In this document: positions 40,001 through 48,035 of the stretch, in pieces
Layout of the letters: each line of letters opens with the position of its first letter
Numbering within the stretch: the first letter of the stretch is position 1
Assembly (NCBI GenBank): GCA_965214775.1
Contig: OZ243974.1
Span: forward strand, 1,824,001-1,888,000
DNA length: 64,000 nucleotides
Origin: Nitrosopumilus sp.
GTDB taxonomy: Archaea; Thermoproteota; Nitrososphaeria; Nitrososphaerales; Nitrosopumilaceae
Reading direction: 5' to 3'
The notes under the pieces: model-generated
Database searches by the model: none
Seen by the model: the letters and a program-made list of their open reading frames with translations, nothing else
Told to the model about the DNA's origin: nothing
Made by a program: the position numbers and the translations under genes

Positions 40001-42909
40001 CAGTGACCATCTTTGGGATAAATTCGAGTATCTACGCCGCAGTGGCCTCCTTTGCCGATGACGGCCTCCAGATTGTCGATGTCACAAACCCTGCCAGCCC
40101 TGCCGCTGCCGGCAGCCTGGGGGATAACAACACCCTGCGGCTTGACGGCCCTCAAGGCGTGACCACCTTTGTGATAGGCAGCAGCACCTACGTGGCGATA
40201 TCCTCACAGACAGACAGCGGCCTCCAGATCATCGATGTCACAAACCCTGCCAGCCCCGCCGCCGCCGGCAGCCTTGCAGACACGAACTCACTATTGCTTG
40301 ACAACGTCAACGGTATAGATGCCTTTATGATGGGCAACACCACCTACGTGGCAGCTGCCTCCTTTGTCGAGAAAGGCCTCCAGATTATCGACGTCACCGA
40401 TCCTGCCGGCCCGGTAGGTGCCGGGAATCTTGCAGACACGACCTCCCTGCTGCTTGATGGCCCGCGCGACGTGGACATATTCACGATAGGCAGCAGCACC
40501 TACGCCGCAGTGGCATCCGAATACGATGACGGTCTGCAGGTGGTGAGGCTAGATGAGGCCGCATCCAGCATCCCGCCTGTCATATCACTTGTGGGAGACA
40601 ACCCGTTGATCCATGAGCTGGGCACCCCGTACGCAGATCCGGGTGCCACGACCGACGACGGTTCTGAAGTCACAACGGATACATCACAGGTCGACGTCAA
40701 CGTGCTCGGGGATTATCTGGTCACATATACTGCCACCGACGATGACGGCAACACGGCAACGGCGATCAGGATAGTGTATGTGCGCGATACCGCCCCCCCG
40801 ACATTTGAGTCTGCAACCCTTAATGTGAACACGGGTGCCATGACCATAACCTTCAGCGAGACGATAGCCGTATCGACAACCAACCTGTCCCTGCTGTACG
40901 TCAGCGACATAAACCAGGAAGATACCGTCCTGCTGGAAGGCGCCGGCTTTGACGATGCGACACTCGATACAGAGACCCTCTCACTCACGCTTGTAGAGTC
41001 CCAGCTGACGCAGATAATCCCGATGGACACGCCGCAGCTCGACATTTCCTCTGGTGCCGTATCTGATATACACGGCAACCAGATAGGGGACTCGCCGGAT
41101 AACCCGATCACGGTAACCGCAGACGACCCAGGGCCCTCCTTTGAATCGGCGACCCTTGACGAGAACACGGGTGCCATGACCATAACCTTCAGCGAGACCG
41201 TAGACGTCTCTGCTACCAGCCTGTCCCTGCTGTATGTCAGTGACATAAACCAGGCAGACACAGTCCCGCTGACAGGCGCCGAATTTGACTTTGCATCCGC
41301 TGATGTTGAGACCCTTTCACTTACCCTGACAGGATCCCAGATACGGCAGATAACCCCGATGGATATACCGCAGCTCGATATTGCAGCCGGCGCCGTATCT
41401 GATCTGCTGGGCAACCAGATAGACGACTCACTGGATAATCCGATCACCATAACTGTCACTGAGAGACCCACCTTTGAATCGGCTACCCTTGACGAGAACA
41501 CGGGTGCCATGACCATAACCTTCAGCGAGACCGTAGACGTCTCGACTGCAAATCTGTCCCTGCTGTACATCAGCGATATAAACGAGGCAGACACGGTCCC
41601 GCTGGCCGGCGCCGAGTTTGACTTTGCATCCGCTGATGTTGAGACCCTTTCCCTCACGCTTGCAGAGTCCCAGATACAACAGGTGACTCCGATGGGTACG
41701 CCGCAGCTCGATATTACAGCCGGCGCCGTATCTGATCTGCTGGGCAACCAGATAGAAGAATCGCAGGACAACCCGATCACGGTCACGGGACACGTCCAGA
41801 CCGATGACGGCGATGATGGCAGTACCGGATCGACGTCGTCTGCCGGTCGCAGCAGCAGCAGCGGAGGCGGCGGCAGAGGCGGAGGCGGAGGCGGCATCAA
41901 CATCATTTCCTCCACGACCGGCCCGGGTTCTGCATACATAGCATCCATATCGTGGGACTGTACTGCCGGACTCGTAATGATAACTGCCGGACCTTCCTCT
42001 GATGATCTCTCGGTCTTGGTGCGCACCGCCACAAACGGCATCGCTAGGACTACGGCAGCAGGCCAGACGTCCGACGGGTTGGCGGTGTTTACGGCACCGA
42101 TGCGCGAGAACGAGACGTACATCAGTGTCAGCGCAATCCTGCAACATGGAAGGAACATAGACTCTGACTCCAAGTCGATAAACGTGGATTCCTGCATCGG
42201 CGAGCGCACATACGAAGTTCCGACGTCCATGTCAACGGCCGGTATCAATGGAGGGACAGCAGGCCAGCCGGGCGATGGGGACACCGGGATCATCGAGCCA
42301 CCGGCGCCAAGCCAGCCAGATACCGTGACACGACAGCCAGAGCCAGATACTGAGCCAGAACAGCCGGCGCCAAGCGAGCCAGATACTGAGCCAGAACAGC
42401 CGGCGCCAAGCGAGCCAGATACCGTGATGACACCACCACAACCACCACCACCACTCCCACCAGATACCGGGACTGATTCCGGCGGCTCATGCCTGATAGC
42501 GACTGCCGCATATGGCACCGAGCTGGCACCGCAGGTACAGGCACTCAGGGAGGTACGCGACGTCACGCTGCTCTCGACGGACTCGGGCGCCTCATTCGTT
42601 GCCGGATTCAACTCCGTATACTATTTGTTCTCACCTGCGATAGCCGACCTGGAGCGCCAGAATCCGGTATTGCGCGATGCCATAAGGATTGCCATCACCC
42701 CGATGATCTCGACGCTGTCGATAATGTCGCTTGCAGAGGAGGGCTCCGAACCGTCTGTTTTGGCACTGGGTGTCTCAGTCATTGCACTCAATATCGGCAT
42801 GTATGTGGTAGCTCCGGCAGCCGTTGCCGTCGTGGCAGCCCGGCGGCTGCAGGACAGATGCAATATCTGCAAATCTGATCCGAAATTAGCAAATCCTGCT
42901 CGCGCATAA
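31024..42909 (+). CDS. Giant (3961 aa) surface protein: six LVIVD-like 7-repeat beta-propeller blocks, Ig/cadherin-like domains, DUF5011-like domain, CFI-box-CTERM anchor
   Basis: 42 copies of ~52-aa repeat (..YAAVAS..DDGLQIVDVTDP..), Ig-like spacers (TYTPD..G.DTF.YTVSDG; WTP...DAG), CLIATAAYGTELAPQVQ plus TM tail; start codon uncertain. Confidence 0.9.
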   Translation: MWRRRRGSRRWPAIADTRHHPFHRAPAGISSIHLVFIAAAVLGLASAGALHGEEAHAQQSEIAVVAVGNMGDNSTLLLDGARGVDTFTIGSNTYAAVVSEGDSGIQIVDVTDPATPTAVGNLEDGTSTRLLGAQGVAVFTIGSNTYAVVTSYDVDSDNSGIQIVSVTDPTTPTAVGDLGDDNSRELNGAQGVAVFTIGSNTYAAVASVADHGLQLVDVTDPTTPTAVGDLGDGGSTLLRGASGVAVFTTGSNTYAAVTSYNEDGLQIVDVTDPTTPTGVGNLGDGGSLELDGPRGVDVFTIGSNTYAAVASWLDDGLQIVDVTDPTTPTGVGNLGDGGSLELDGAYGVDVFTIGSNTYAAVASHTDDGLQIVDVTDPTTPTGVGNLGDGGSLELDGAQGVAVFTIGTNTYAAVASNTDDGLQLVRLGAEAETPNSPPVAPATTATTAEDTPVTITPAISDPDTSDTPVISAVDNPPNGTATHDDDTITYTPDTDYDGTDAFTYTVSDGTDTAQGTITVTITRDNNDPVLGTIGDQNATPDTQLSITPTVTDADTTDTHRYSISRGTLPAAAAFNTSDGSITWTPVQSDAGQTHTVTITVSDGRGGTDSQTFDITVASLNVIEVAPVGNLKDGGSLLLDTSTSVAVFEITDGGNTNTYAAVTSFADNGLQIVDVTNPAQPRAVGNLEDTEPANPGEDELLLDGAFGVDVFTTGGKTYAAVASSNDGGLQIVDVTDPASPAAAGSLADNNTLLLDGASRVKVFTIGANTYAAVTSSFADSGLQIVDVTDPSAPAAAGNLEDDNDLLLADTQYVDIFETNSRTYAAVASESDDGLQIVDVTDPSAPAAAGNLEDDGSRLLDSAHGVDVFTIGQRTYAAVTSGGDDGLQIVDITNPSAPAAAGNLEDDNSLKLGNAYGVDVFTIGANTYAIVASFADDGLQIADITDPDNPKAAGQLEDTSDLLLATAFDVDVFTINAATYAVATARDDHGIQIVRLDAADATNAPPVAPAETATTPEDTPVTITPAISDPNVSDTPVISAVDDPPNGTATHDDTTITYTPDQDYNGTDTFGYTVSDGTDTTQGTITVTVTRDNNNPVLEKIGKQTVVAGAQLSITPTVTDADPTDTHTYSIRIKDGTLPVSAIFTSSDGSLVWTPAPSDAGTYKVTITVDDGRGGRGLTGFDITVTPADPIAVTPVGSLGDNSTLLLGGPRSVSVFEIGGSTYAAVTAGADDGLQLVDVTNPASPAPVGQLADTEPDGLLLNGAYNAAVFTVGASTYAAVVGNLDHGLQIVDVTDPTSPEEAGQLADDEDPGDELLFRGPRGVDTFTAGSDTYAVVTGGSDNGIQIIDITDPDSPVAAGKMRDNGSRLLEGTYDVAVFEIGAKTYAVVASYGEDGIQIIDISNPDGPTTAGSLKDGGSLELDGARGVAVFEIGANTYAAVASIEDDGIQIIDISNPASPVAAGKLADGGSRELDGAVDVDVFTMGTSTYAVVASANDDGIQIVDVSNPASPTAAGKLSRGSLELDGATGVDVFEIGTSTYAVVASRTDNGIQIVELSVVDDTRPEFASATLDGNTGAITITFSETVDISETDLSQMYVSDTNETNTVSLAGADFDDAAADSDTIQIDLASSQRTAIDLMTTPQLDIAAGAVSDLSRNLIDAAADNTITTASPDSPIPSGRLPDSASLILEKSRSVDTFTIGSNVYAVSVSSTEDGFQIVDISRPDKPRGLGNLVDSNLPQRLLDGARGVATFTAGSNTYAAIASHADDGIQVFSVSDLAHPQPAGNLEDNGSRLLDGATGVATFTIGSNTYAAVTSQHDGGLQLVNVTDPSSLTAPGKLEDGGSRLLADTSSVDTFKRGGSTYAVVASWGDDGLEIIDVSNPSSPAETGRLADDSDMLLKGIRAVDAFEAGGSAYVAVASHGENGLQIVDVSDPANPSPAGKLADGGDRLLGGASGVEIFWVGQAIYAAVASQSDDGLQIVDVSDPDNPAEAGSLRDGPRLSLDAARDLSVFTRGGAQYAVVASDTEGLQIVKLAESTRPAFASAILDGNTGAMTITFADVIDVSETDLSKLYISDINETNAVSLAGAGFDDAAADSDTIRLRLTGPQLAGIAPIVTVQLDIAADAVSDLSGGHIRDSPDNPITTASPDSPIPSGMLPDNAQLLLGGAYGVDVFTEDGKTYAAVASSDENGLQIIDITDPDNPTAAGRLADATDLLLDGANAVAAFRIDSNTYAAVPSGSEGGLQIVDITDPDNPTAAGNLEDTEPANPGEDELLLGGAGGVEIFQVGSDVYAAVTSNTEGGLQIVDITDPDNPTAAGQLADANDLLLDAPLGVDVFPIGGKIYATMTSTSNGKAGLQIIDITDPDNPTAAGQLADANNLLLEGTIGVDVFTIGTKTYAAVSSVVEHGLQIIDVSDPDNPAAAGRLADTTDLLLRNAQGVDIFTTEDGTYAAVTSEFGGLQIIDVSDPDNPAAAGQIADDTDLLLRVTYDVAVFLNGGDTYAVVTTDMEGLQIVKLAEVTDATHNSAPVLGTIGDQNAMPDTQLTITPTVTDADTTDTHTYSISRGTLPAAAVFNTSDGSITWTPVQADAGQTHTVTITVNDGRGGTDSQTFDIVVAETPNNPPVAPNETATTAEDTPVTITPVISDPDTSDTPVISAVENPPNGTATHDDDTITYTPDQDYDGTDTFGYTVSDGTDTAQGTVTVTVTRDNSAPVMGTIGDQNATPGIQLVITPTVTDDDPTDTHTYSISRGTLPAAAVFTTSGGTLIWTPVQADAGQTHTVTITVDDSRGGTNSQTFDIVVADMDTSEITLTPVGNLNDTGSRELDDAQGVAVFAIGQNTYAAVAASRDDGLQIINITDPSNPTAADSLGDNNTLLLGGASSVDIFAIGANTYAAVASSADDGLQIIDVTNPSSLVAVGNLEDTIDEVGDIPIEGFLLDGASSVDIFTINGSTYAAVASSADDGLQIIDVTNPASPDAAGSLGDNSTLRLDGANAVTIFGINSSIYAAVASFADDGLQIVDVTNPASPAAAGSLGDNNTLRLDGPQGVTTFVIGSSTYVAISSQTDSGLQIIDVTNPASPAAAGSLADTNSLLLDNVNGIDAFMMGNTTYVAAASFVEKGLQIIDVTDPAGPVGAGNLADTTSLLLDGPRDVDIFTIGSSTYAAVASEYDDGLQVVRLDEAASSIPPVISLVGDNPLIHELGTPYADPGATTDDGSEVTTDTSQVDVNVLGDYLVTYTATDDDGNTATAIRIVYVRDTAPPTFESATLNVNTGAMTITFSETIAVSTTNLSLLYVSDINQEDTVLLEGAGFDDATLDTETLSLTLVESQLTQIIPMDTPQLDISSGAVSDIHGNQIGDSPDNPITVTADDPGPSFESATLDENTGAMTITFSETVDVSATSLSLLYVSDINQADTVPLTGAEFDFASADVETLSLTLTGSQIRQITPMDIPQLDIAAGAVSDLLGNQIDDSLDNPITITVTERPTFESATLDENTGAMTITFSETVDVSTANLSLLYISDINEADTVPLAGAEFDFASADVETLSLTLAESQIQQVTPMGTPQLDITAGAVSDLLGNQIEESQDNPITVTGHVQTDDGDDGSTGSTSSAGRSSSSGGGGRGGGGGGINIISSTTGPGSAYIASISWDCTAGLVMITAGPSSDDLSVLVRTATNGIARTTAAGQTSDGLAVFTAPMRENETYISVSAILQHGRNIDSDSKSINVDSCIGERTYEVPTSMSTAGINGGTAGQPGDGDTGIIEPPAPSQPDTVTRQPEPDTEPEQPAPSEPDTEPEQPAPSEPDTVMTPPQPPPPLPPDTGTDSGGSCLIATAAYGTELAPQVQALREVRDVTLLSTDSGASFVAGFNSVYYLFSPAIADLERQNPVLRDAIRIAITPMISTLSIMSLAEEGSEPSVLALGVSVIALNIGMYVVAPAAVAVVAARRLQDRCNICKSDPKLANPARA

Positions 42910-43247
42910 ACAAGTTTACTTACACAGCCAAGTGACATAACACTAGGTCCTCAACTTTCTAGGCGTAAAACATTCATCCAAATTTCCTACTCGCGCCTGA
43001 TTTTACGTAGGATCTGATGCTGTACGCTAAAAAGTACCCCAAATCTGACGTTACGGATGGGGTTTGGACTCCCTGGAACAAACCGTCACACACTCCTCCT
43101 GGCACACCGGCACTGTCGTGACGTTCTGCACCCCGAACCCCCCGCAGAGCGGCTCCCTGGCAACCGTCTGCTCGTTGAAGTGTCATTGAATAGTAAAAGC
43201 GCAGCGCCCTGGCTCCCAGGTCGGCCGTCCCGGTCTTGGCCCTGAGA

Positions 43248-43402
43248 GATGATCCGAGATCAGAAGCCGCACAAATGCCCGGATTTTCCCGTACATCTGC
43301 CAGGCAACTTCACAGACAGCCTGTCCTTTGTGAATGTTCTAGCCGATTTGATAACACAGGTCTGCTTGTTGTGCATGATCCGAGCCTGCCAGTTTCGGAT
43401 CA
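43248..43402. mobile_element. Putative single-copy MITE (TIR GATGATCCGA)
   Basis: gatgatccgaga ... tttcggatcatc bounding ~155 non-coding bp. Confidence 0.5.
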
Positions 43403-43592
43403 TCCCTTGGGATGACTGCAATGCAACGGGGCAATCATGATGGGCGGCTCAACCAAGGAATGTCGGTGATTGGTTTGGCGTTGGGAAGCAAAGTATCTCG
43501 TATTACAAGTGCTATGAACCATGGAGATGTGTATATCATGGAATTTGCAAACTTGGAAACGGCTTGTTGTATGGGAAAATTTTGGAAATGGT

Positions 43593-43712
43593 CAGCCAAG
43601 CGAAAAGCAAATGAGATCTGTTGTTTTGTCTTGCCGGCGGGCATGGTTTGAGGCATCGCGTTTCTTGCCCATCTTGTTTTTGCTCGATTTTTTAGTGCTT
43701 TTCACTTGGCTG
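43593..43712. mobile_element. MITE family G (TIR CAGCCAAGTGAAAAG-like)
   Basis: TIRs; second copy at 47466-47574 with similar interior. Confidence 0.78.
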
Positions 43713-43877
43713 ATGATTTGAAAATGGCTATATATGGCCCCCATCTACGCCTAATTGTTAAAAAATTGCCTAGTCTATCACGATTCACACCTGACAGATC
43801 AGCTGAAAGCTCTGACTTGCATGCATGCAAGCAAGCATGCAAGCATGCAAGCAAGAAAAAAAATGAGTGAATAGGGC

Positions 43878-44111
43878 ATGGCTGATGAAATCTCTACACT
43901 AATGGCCAATAGCAAAGACAAGGTCGTCTTACTCAGACTGAGAAACAGCAAAACCGTCCAAGGAACTCTAAAGGACTTTGACATTCACATGAACCTGACA
44001 TTAGACTGCGCAAAAGACATCACTGGTGAAGAACCGGTCTCAATCGGAAATATCCTGCTGCGCGGAGACAACATCCTCGCAATTTCCCTTCCTGAAGAAG
44101 AACCGTCCTAA
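43878..44111 (+). CDS. Sm-like (LSm/SmAP) RNA-binding protein
   Basis: GTLKDFDIHMNL (Sm1), LLRGDNI (Sm2). Confidence 0.92.
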   Translation: MADEISTLMANSKDKVVLLRLRNSKTVQGTLKDFDIHMNLTLDCAKDITGEEPVSIGNILLRGDNILAISLPEEEPS

Positions 44112-44153
44112 ATTCGTGTCAAACATTAAATTTGATCTTGATCAATTTATTTT

Positions 44154-45341
44154 GTGATAGACCTTGTCCTTCTTTTGATTCCCCTGCTGGTATTTTCTGC
44201 ATTTGCAGAAGAAAAAATTCCTGATTATGACAAGCCCTTTGCGCCAATATTTACCGACAAGCCATCCTACAGCTGGACTGACAAAGTCAAAATTACGATT
44301 CTGGCGCCTAGCTGGAACACCAACAAAAATCTGATTGACTCGATTGGCGGTGTGAAATCCCACCCGATCAAAATTTCCACAGGCAAGCATTCTCTAGACC
44401 AGTACAGGTTTACTGAAACTGGAGCCAATTCTGGAGTCTTTTCAGCACAAGTTACACTGTCTGGCTTTCTGCATGATGCAAACGGCGATGGCAACTTTGA
44501 TACTGCCCCGAAAACTTCTGGAAGCGGACCAAATAACGGATTCCTAGAGGCAGACAGGGATTCTTCAGTCACCATATCCTTTGAGTTTGCCGACGGTGTT
44601 GTGCTGACCAAATCGGTTCCCGTCTCGTGGAACGTTGCAACAATCCAGTTTGCAAATGACGAGTTTTTTTCTAACGAGCAAATTGCCGTCAAAGTCGTTG
44701 ACGTTGACATGAATCTAAATCCCGAGGCGATTGATCAAGTACCAATTCAACTCTACTCCGGCTCTGATGCTGCGGGAACTGTTCTTGATGCTACTGAAAC
44801 CTCGGAAAATTCCGGAGTTTTTGTAGGGACGATTTCCTTGTCTCAAAGTTCCACTTCGGGTGGAGGCAGACTGTATTCTGTACCAGGTGATCAGGTTTTT
44901 GCAAAATATGACGACTATACCCTTCCCAAACCATATTCTATGTCTGATAGTGTCAAACTAGTAACCTCGGCACGGATTGACTCGTCAATTCCCCCTATTG
45001 AAAGAATTGGCAATTCACCTGTCAAATTATCTGATAGTTTTGGAAACGAACTGAACTCTTTTTCAACAAATAACCAGTTGCAGATTGTCGGCACCATAAC
45101 AAACACGCAGGAGCATAAGCAAAGTTTTGTTTACTTTTTCCAGGTAAAAAATTCTGATGGCTCCACTGAATCCATTGCATGGATAAGAGGGGAACTAAAC
45201 GCACATCAGACGCTTGACGTCTCACATTCATGGATCCCCAAAAAATCCGGCGACTATGAAATCCAGACATATGTTTGGAATTCAATAGGTGATCCTACCG
45301 CATTAGGGCCAGAGATGTCTGCTGCGATTAGCGTAAACTAA
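44154..45341 (+). CDS. Exported thaumarchaeal hypothetical protein
   Basis: Signal peptide, repeated ETxxNSGVF motifs, Ig-like C-terminal domain. Confidence 0.78.
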   Translation: MIDLVLLLIPLLVFSAFAEEKIPDYDKPFAPIFTDKPSYSWTDKVKITILAPSWNTNKNLIDSIGGVKSHPIKISTGKHSLDQYRFTETGANSGVFSAQVTLSGFLHDANGDGNFDTAPKTSGSGPNNGFLEADRDSSVTISFEFADGVVLTKSVPVSWNVATIQFANDEFFSNEQIAVKVVDVDMNLNPEAIDQVPIQLYSGSDAAGTVLDATETSENSGVFVGTISLSQSSTSGGGRLYSVPGDQVFAKYDDYTLPKPYSMSDSVKLVTSARIDSSIPPIERIGNSPVKLSDSFGNELNSFSTNNQLQIVGTITNTQEHKQSFVYFFQVKNSDGSTESIAWIRGELNAHQTLDVSHSWIPKKSGDYEIQTYVWNSIGDPTALGPEMSAAISVN

Positions 45342-45344
45342 AAG

Positions 45345-45424
45345 AGGCCCTATGCATAATCGGCCTGAATAAGATGAATCCGTCCGTAGTGATTTTAGAT
45401 CTGAACCGATTACGCATAAAGTCT
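45345..45424. mobile_element. MITE family D copy
   Basis: aggccctatgcataatcgg ... ccgattacgcataaagtct. Confidence 0.72.
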
Positions 45425-45510
45425 ATCTGATTAAAAAAATGATCGGTTCTCAACTGCACGCACCGTCAAAAAAGCACCACTGACATGTCTGCAAAAAACC
45501 ATCTTGTAAA

Positions 45511-46476
45511 TCACGGTCTCAGGAGCACCTTCATGACACCTGGCGCTTGCGCACGCTCAAGGGCCTGCCTGATCTCCGCTAACGGATATACAGAGTCGAC
45601 CAAGTCAGATACTGGGATGGCTTTGTTGGATAGCGCCTTGATTGCAGGCCGGAACGGGCCGCATCGGGAGCCGACCATGGTGACCTCGTTTACAACCGCA
45701 GGGGTCAGATCCAGGTCCTTTCGTGAGGCAATGGTGGATTTCAGGACCATGGTCCCGCGTGGCTTGACGATCCTTACGGCATCGCCGAATCCGGAAGGAC
45801 TGCCCGTGGCCTCGACTACCAGGTCAAAGCCGTGCTCGTCTGGTATGCCGATGCCCGTTTTTGCATGCATGCCGAGCCTTTCCAGCCGCCGGAGCTTGCC
45901 TGGGTGATGGCCAAAGCATGTCACGTCCGAGGAAGAAGACATCCCTAGCACCATTGCGACTAGCTGTGCAAGCCGCCCGTCTCCTACAACGGCAATCCTC
46001 CAGTCAGGCCGGATCCGGACCTGCTCTTTGATCTCAAATGCAGCTGCAAGTGGCTCGACGAAGACTGCCTGCTCGTCTGAGACGGTATCGGGCACGGCGT
46101 GCAGGTTTTTTGCGGGCAGCGACAGGTATTCTGCAAAGGCCCCGTTCCTGTTCAGAATTCCCAGGACTGTGCGACGTGGGCAGTGCCGTTCCATGCCTCT
46201 TGCACAGGAATCGCATTGCCCGCACGCGACATTGATTTCACCCACGACCCTTCTGCCAATCAGATCCGGGTTTTCTGACGTTTCGACCACGCCGACGAAC
46301 TCGTGTCCCAGTATTCCGCGATAACCCATGTATCCATGCAGGATCTCCAGGTCGGTTCCACAGATTCCTGCCAAGGTTACTCTGACCAGCGACTCGCCGG
46401 GCTCGGGCTCGGGAAATTTGGAACCATACTGCATCTGCCTGCCGTCAAAGATGGCTGCCCTCACAAATGTGGTCAC
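45511..46476 (-). CDS. Zn-dependent alcohol dehydrogenase (MDR family)
   Basis: GICGTD, GHEFVG, CGQCDSC...C, VGDGRL. Confidence 0.9.
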   Translation of the reverse strand: MTTFVRAAIFDGRQMQYGSKFPEPEPGESLVRVTLAGICGTDLEILHGYMGYRGILGHEFVGVVETSENPDLIGRRVVGEINVACGQCDSCARGMERHCPRRTVLGILNRNGAFAEYLSLPAKNLHAVPDTVSDEQAVFVEPLAAAFEIKEQVRIRPDWRIAVVGDGRLAQLVAMVLGMSSSSDVTCFGHHPGKLRRLERLGMHAKTGIGIPDEHGFDLVVEATGSPSGFGDAVRIVKPRGTMVLKSTIASRKDLDLTPAVVNEVTMVGSRCGPFRPAIKALSNKAIPVSDLVDSVYPLAEIRQALERAQAPGVMKVLLRP

Positions 46477-46513
46477 TTCTCCTCTGGTTTTAAACTAGAC
46501 GCATAGCACAGTC

Positions 46514-47335
46514 GTATGAGTTTACCCCTCAGGCGACGTTTCCAGTCAGGGTCTTGGCGACCATTTCACTCACGCTGCAACCTTGGGCGCGCCAGTTCAC
46601 TGCTCAGGCCTATGTGGCCTTACCGCACCCCGGCAGATGCAGGTCATATCTGCAGTTTTGATTTTATCTTGATTATGTCGTTTTCTATCCTCTCGAACCG
46701 AGAGTCAAGCATCTCGTGGATGTTGGATGAAAGATCTCGGATCTCCGTTATGGTCTGATCCTGCTTGTTGAGCATCTGATCCTGCTTGTCGAGCATCTGT
46801 CTCTGCCCTGCGGCAATGTCATTCAGGTACATGGCCTCGGTAGCAAAGCCCTCGACAATCTCGCTTTCCATGTTTCTGCCACTATCCTGAATGTCTTGAA
46901 CCTTCCGGTACCCTCTGAGTACTGCACGTCGATGTCATCTACCTGCACCGGCTCTTTGCTGTCCCTTATTGAGGCGACAAGCCCCTCAATGTCCTCCCTT
47001 TTGCCCTCGCACTCTATCATGACCGTGCCGTCATCAAGGTTCTCGACGTGTCCGGTGATTCTCCGGCGGCCTGCCTCGCTCCTTACCCGGTAGCGAAAAC
47101 CGACGCCTTGGACGATTCCGCTTACGTGTATCCGTGCAGCATGTCGCATGTTCTCATGTGTGGTACGTCGTTATTATATTCTACACGCAGGGCGGGGGCA
47201 AACTCTTGCCCGGCCGGCAGTGCCATAGTGCGTGCAGTTGAAAATCGAATATTTTTTTGGCAAAACAGGCACGATGTGACAAAATTATATTCCATTTTTT
47301 GATGTTGGTACTACGCCTGAGGGGTAAACTCTTTT
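46514..47335. mobile_element. Non-autonomous cargo transposon with MITE-C ends (822 bp)
   Basis: TIR core GAGTTTACCCCTCAGGCG at both ends; 8-bp flanking duplication GCACAGTC (46506-46513, 47336-47343). Confidence 0.82.
46644..47149 (-). pseudogene. Acylphosphatase with coiled-coil tail, split by a frameshift near 46872
   Basis: GIVQGVGFR and GHVENLDDGTV motifs; tail MLDKQDQMLNKQDQ...RFERIENDI lies in a second overlapping frame. Confidence 0.75.
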
Positions 47336-47338
47336 GCA

Positions 47339-47574
47339 CAGTCTTCTGGGAACTTCCCCACAAGACGGCTTCAAACCCAAAACAGTTCATGTCAGGCTGC
47401 TGCAGGTTCGCATGCCCCGTCTGCATCACCATTGGGCCGGCTGCTTCTTAAAGACTGGAGAACTTCAGCCAAGTGAAGTAAATGAGGTCTGTTGCTTTGT
47501 AATGATATTGAGGCATCGTGCCTCCTGCCCAGCTTCTGTTTTTACTTGATTTCTCAGTACTTTTCACTTGGCTG
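47339..47574. mobile_element. Adjacent MITE F (47339-47457) and MITE G (47466-47574)
   Basis: CAGTCTT...AAGACTG and CAGCCAAGTGAA...TTCACTTGGCTG ends. Confidence 0.72.
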
Positions 47575-47635
47575 AAGAACTTTTCAATAAACCTATAAAG
47601 CCCTGATATGACGATCGTCATAAGTAAGAAGAAAA

Positions 47636-47959
47636 ATGAGTAAGATACTTGAAAAGTCACTGAAGGATGCCCTAAAAGAGAACAAGTTGACAATGGGCGC
47701 CAAACAAGTTTTGAACTCTGTAAAAGACTCCAAACTAATTGTATTGTCCCAATCCGTTGAGGAAGAATTGTCCGAGAAAATCGAATCCGATGCAAAAAAA
47801 GAAAAAATACCGCTGGTAAACTTCCAGGGAACATCAGTCGCACTAGGCAGACTATGTGGCTTACAATTTAGAATTTCAACAATTTCATTTACATCAATCC
47901 CTGATACAAACATCAAATCAATCCTTAAAGACACAGAAGCTGAGGAAAAAAATGACTAG
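47636..47959 (+). CDS. rpl30e: 50S ribosomal protein L30e
   Basis: L7Ae/L30e-type GTSVALGRLCG; position before nusA. Confidence 0.9.
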   Translation: MSKILEKSLKDALKENKLTMGAKQVLNSVKDSKLIVLSQSVEEELSEKIESDAKKEKIPLVNFQGTSVALGRLCGLQFRISTISFTSIPDTNIKSILKDTEAEEKND

Positions 47960-48035
47960 CTGCAGTTGTCGTCCTAGTACGTTTCATGAAAGTTTAAATG
48001 AGACATTTTTTGTTCGGAGTTAAAAAGGAATTCTT

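Noticed and set aside
37426-42611. Long minus-strand ORFs (909 aa and 632 aa)
   Set aside because: Antisense shadows of the GC-rich repetitive gene with no independent motifs
31024-42909. Diversity-generating retroelement acting on the giant protein
   Set aside because: No reverse transcriptase or TR/VR pair in the window, and differences between repeats are not confined to adenines
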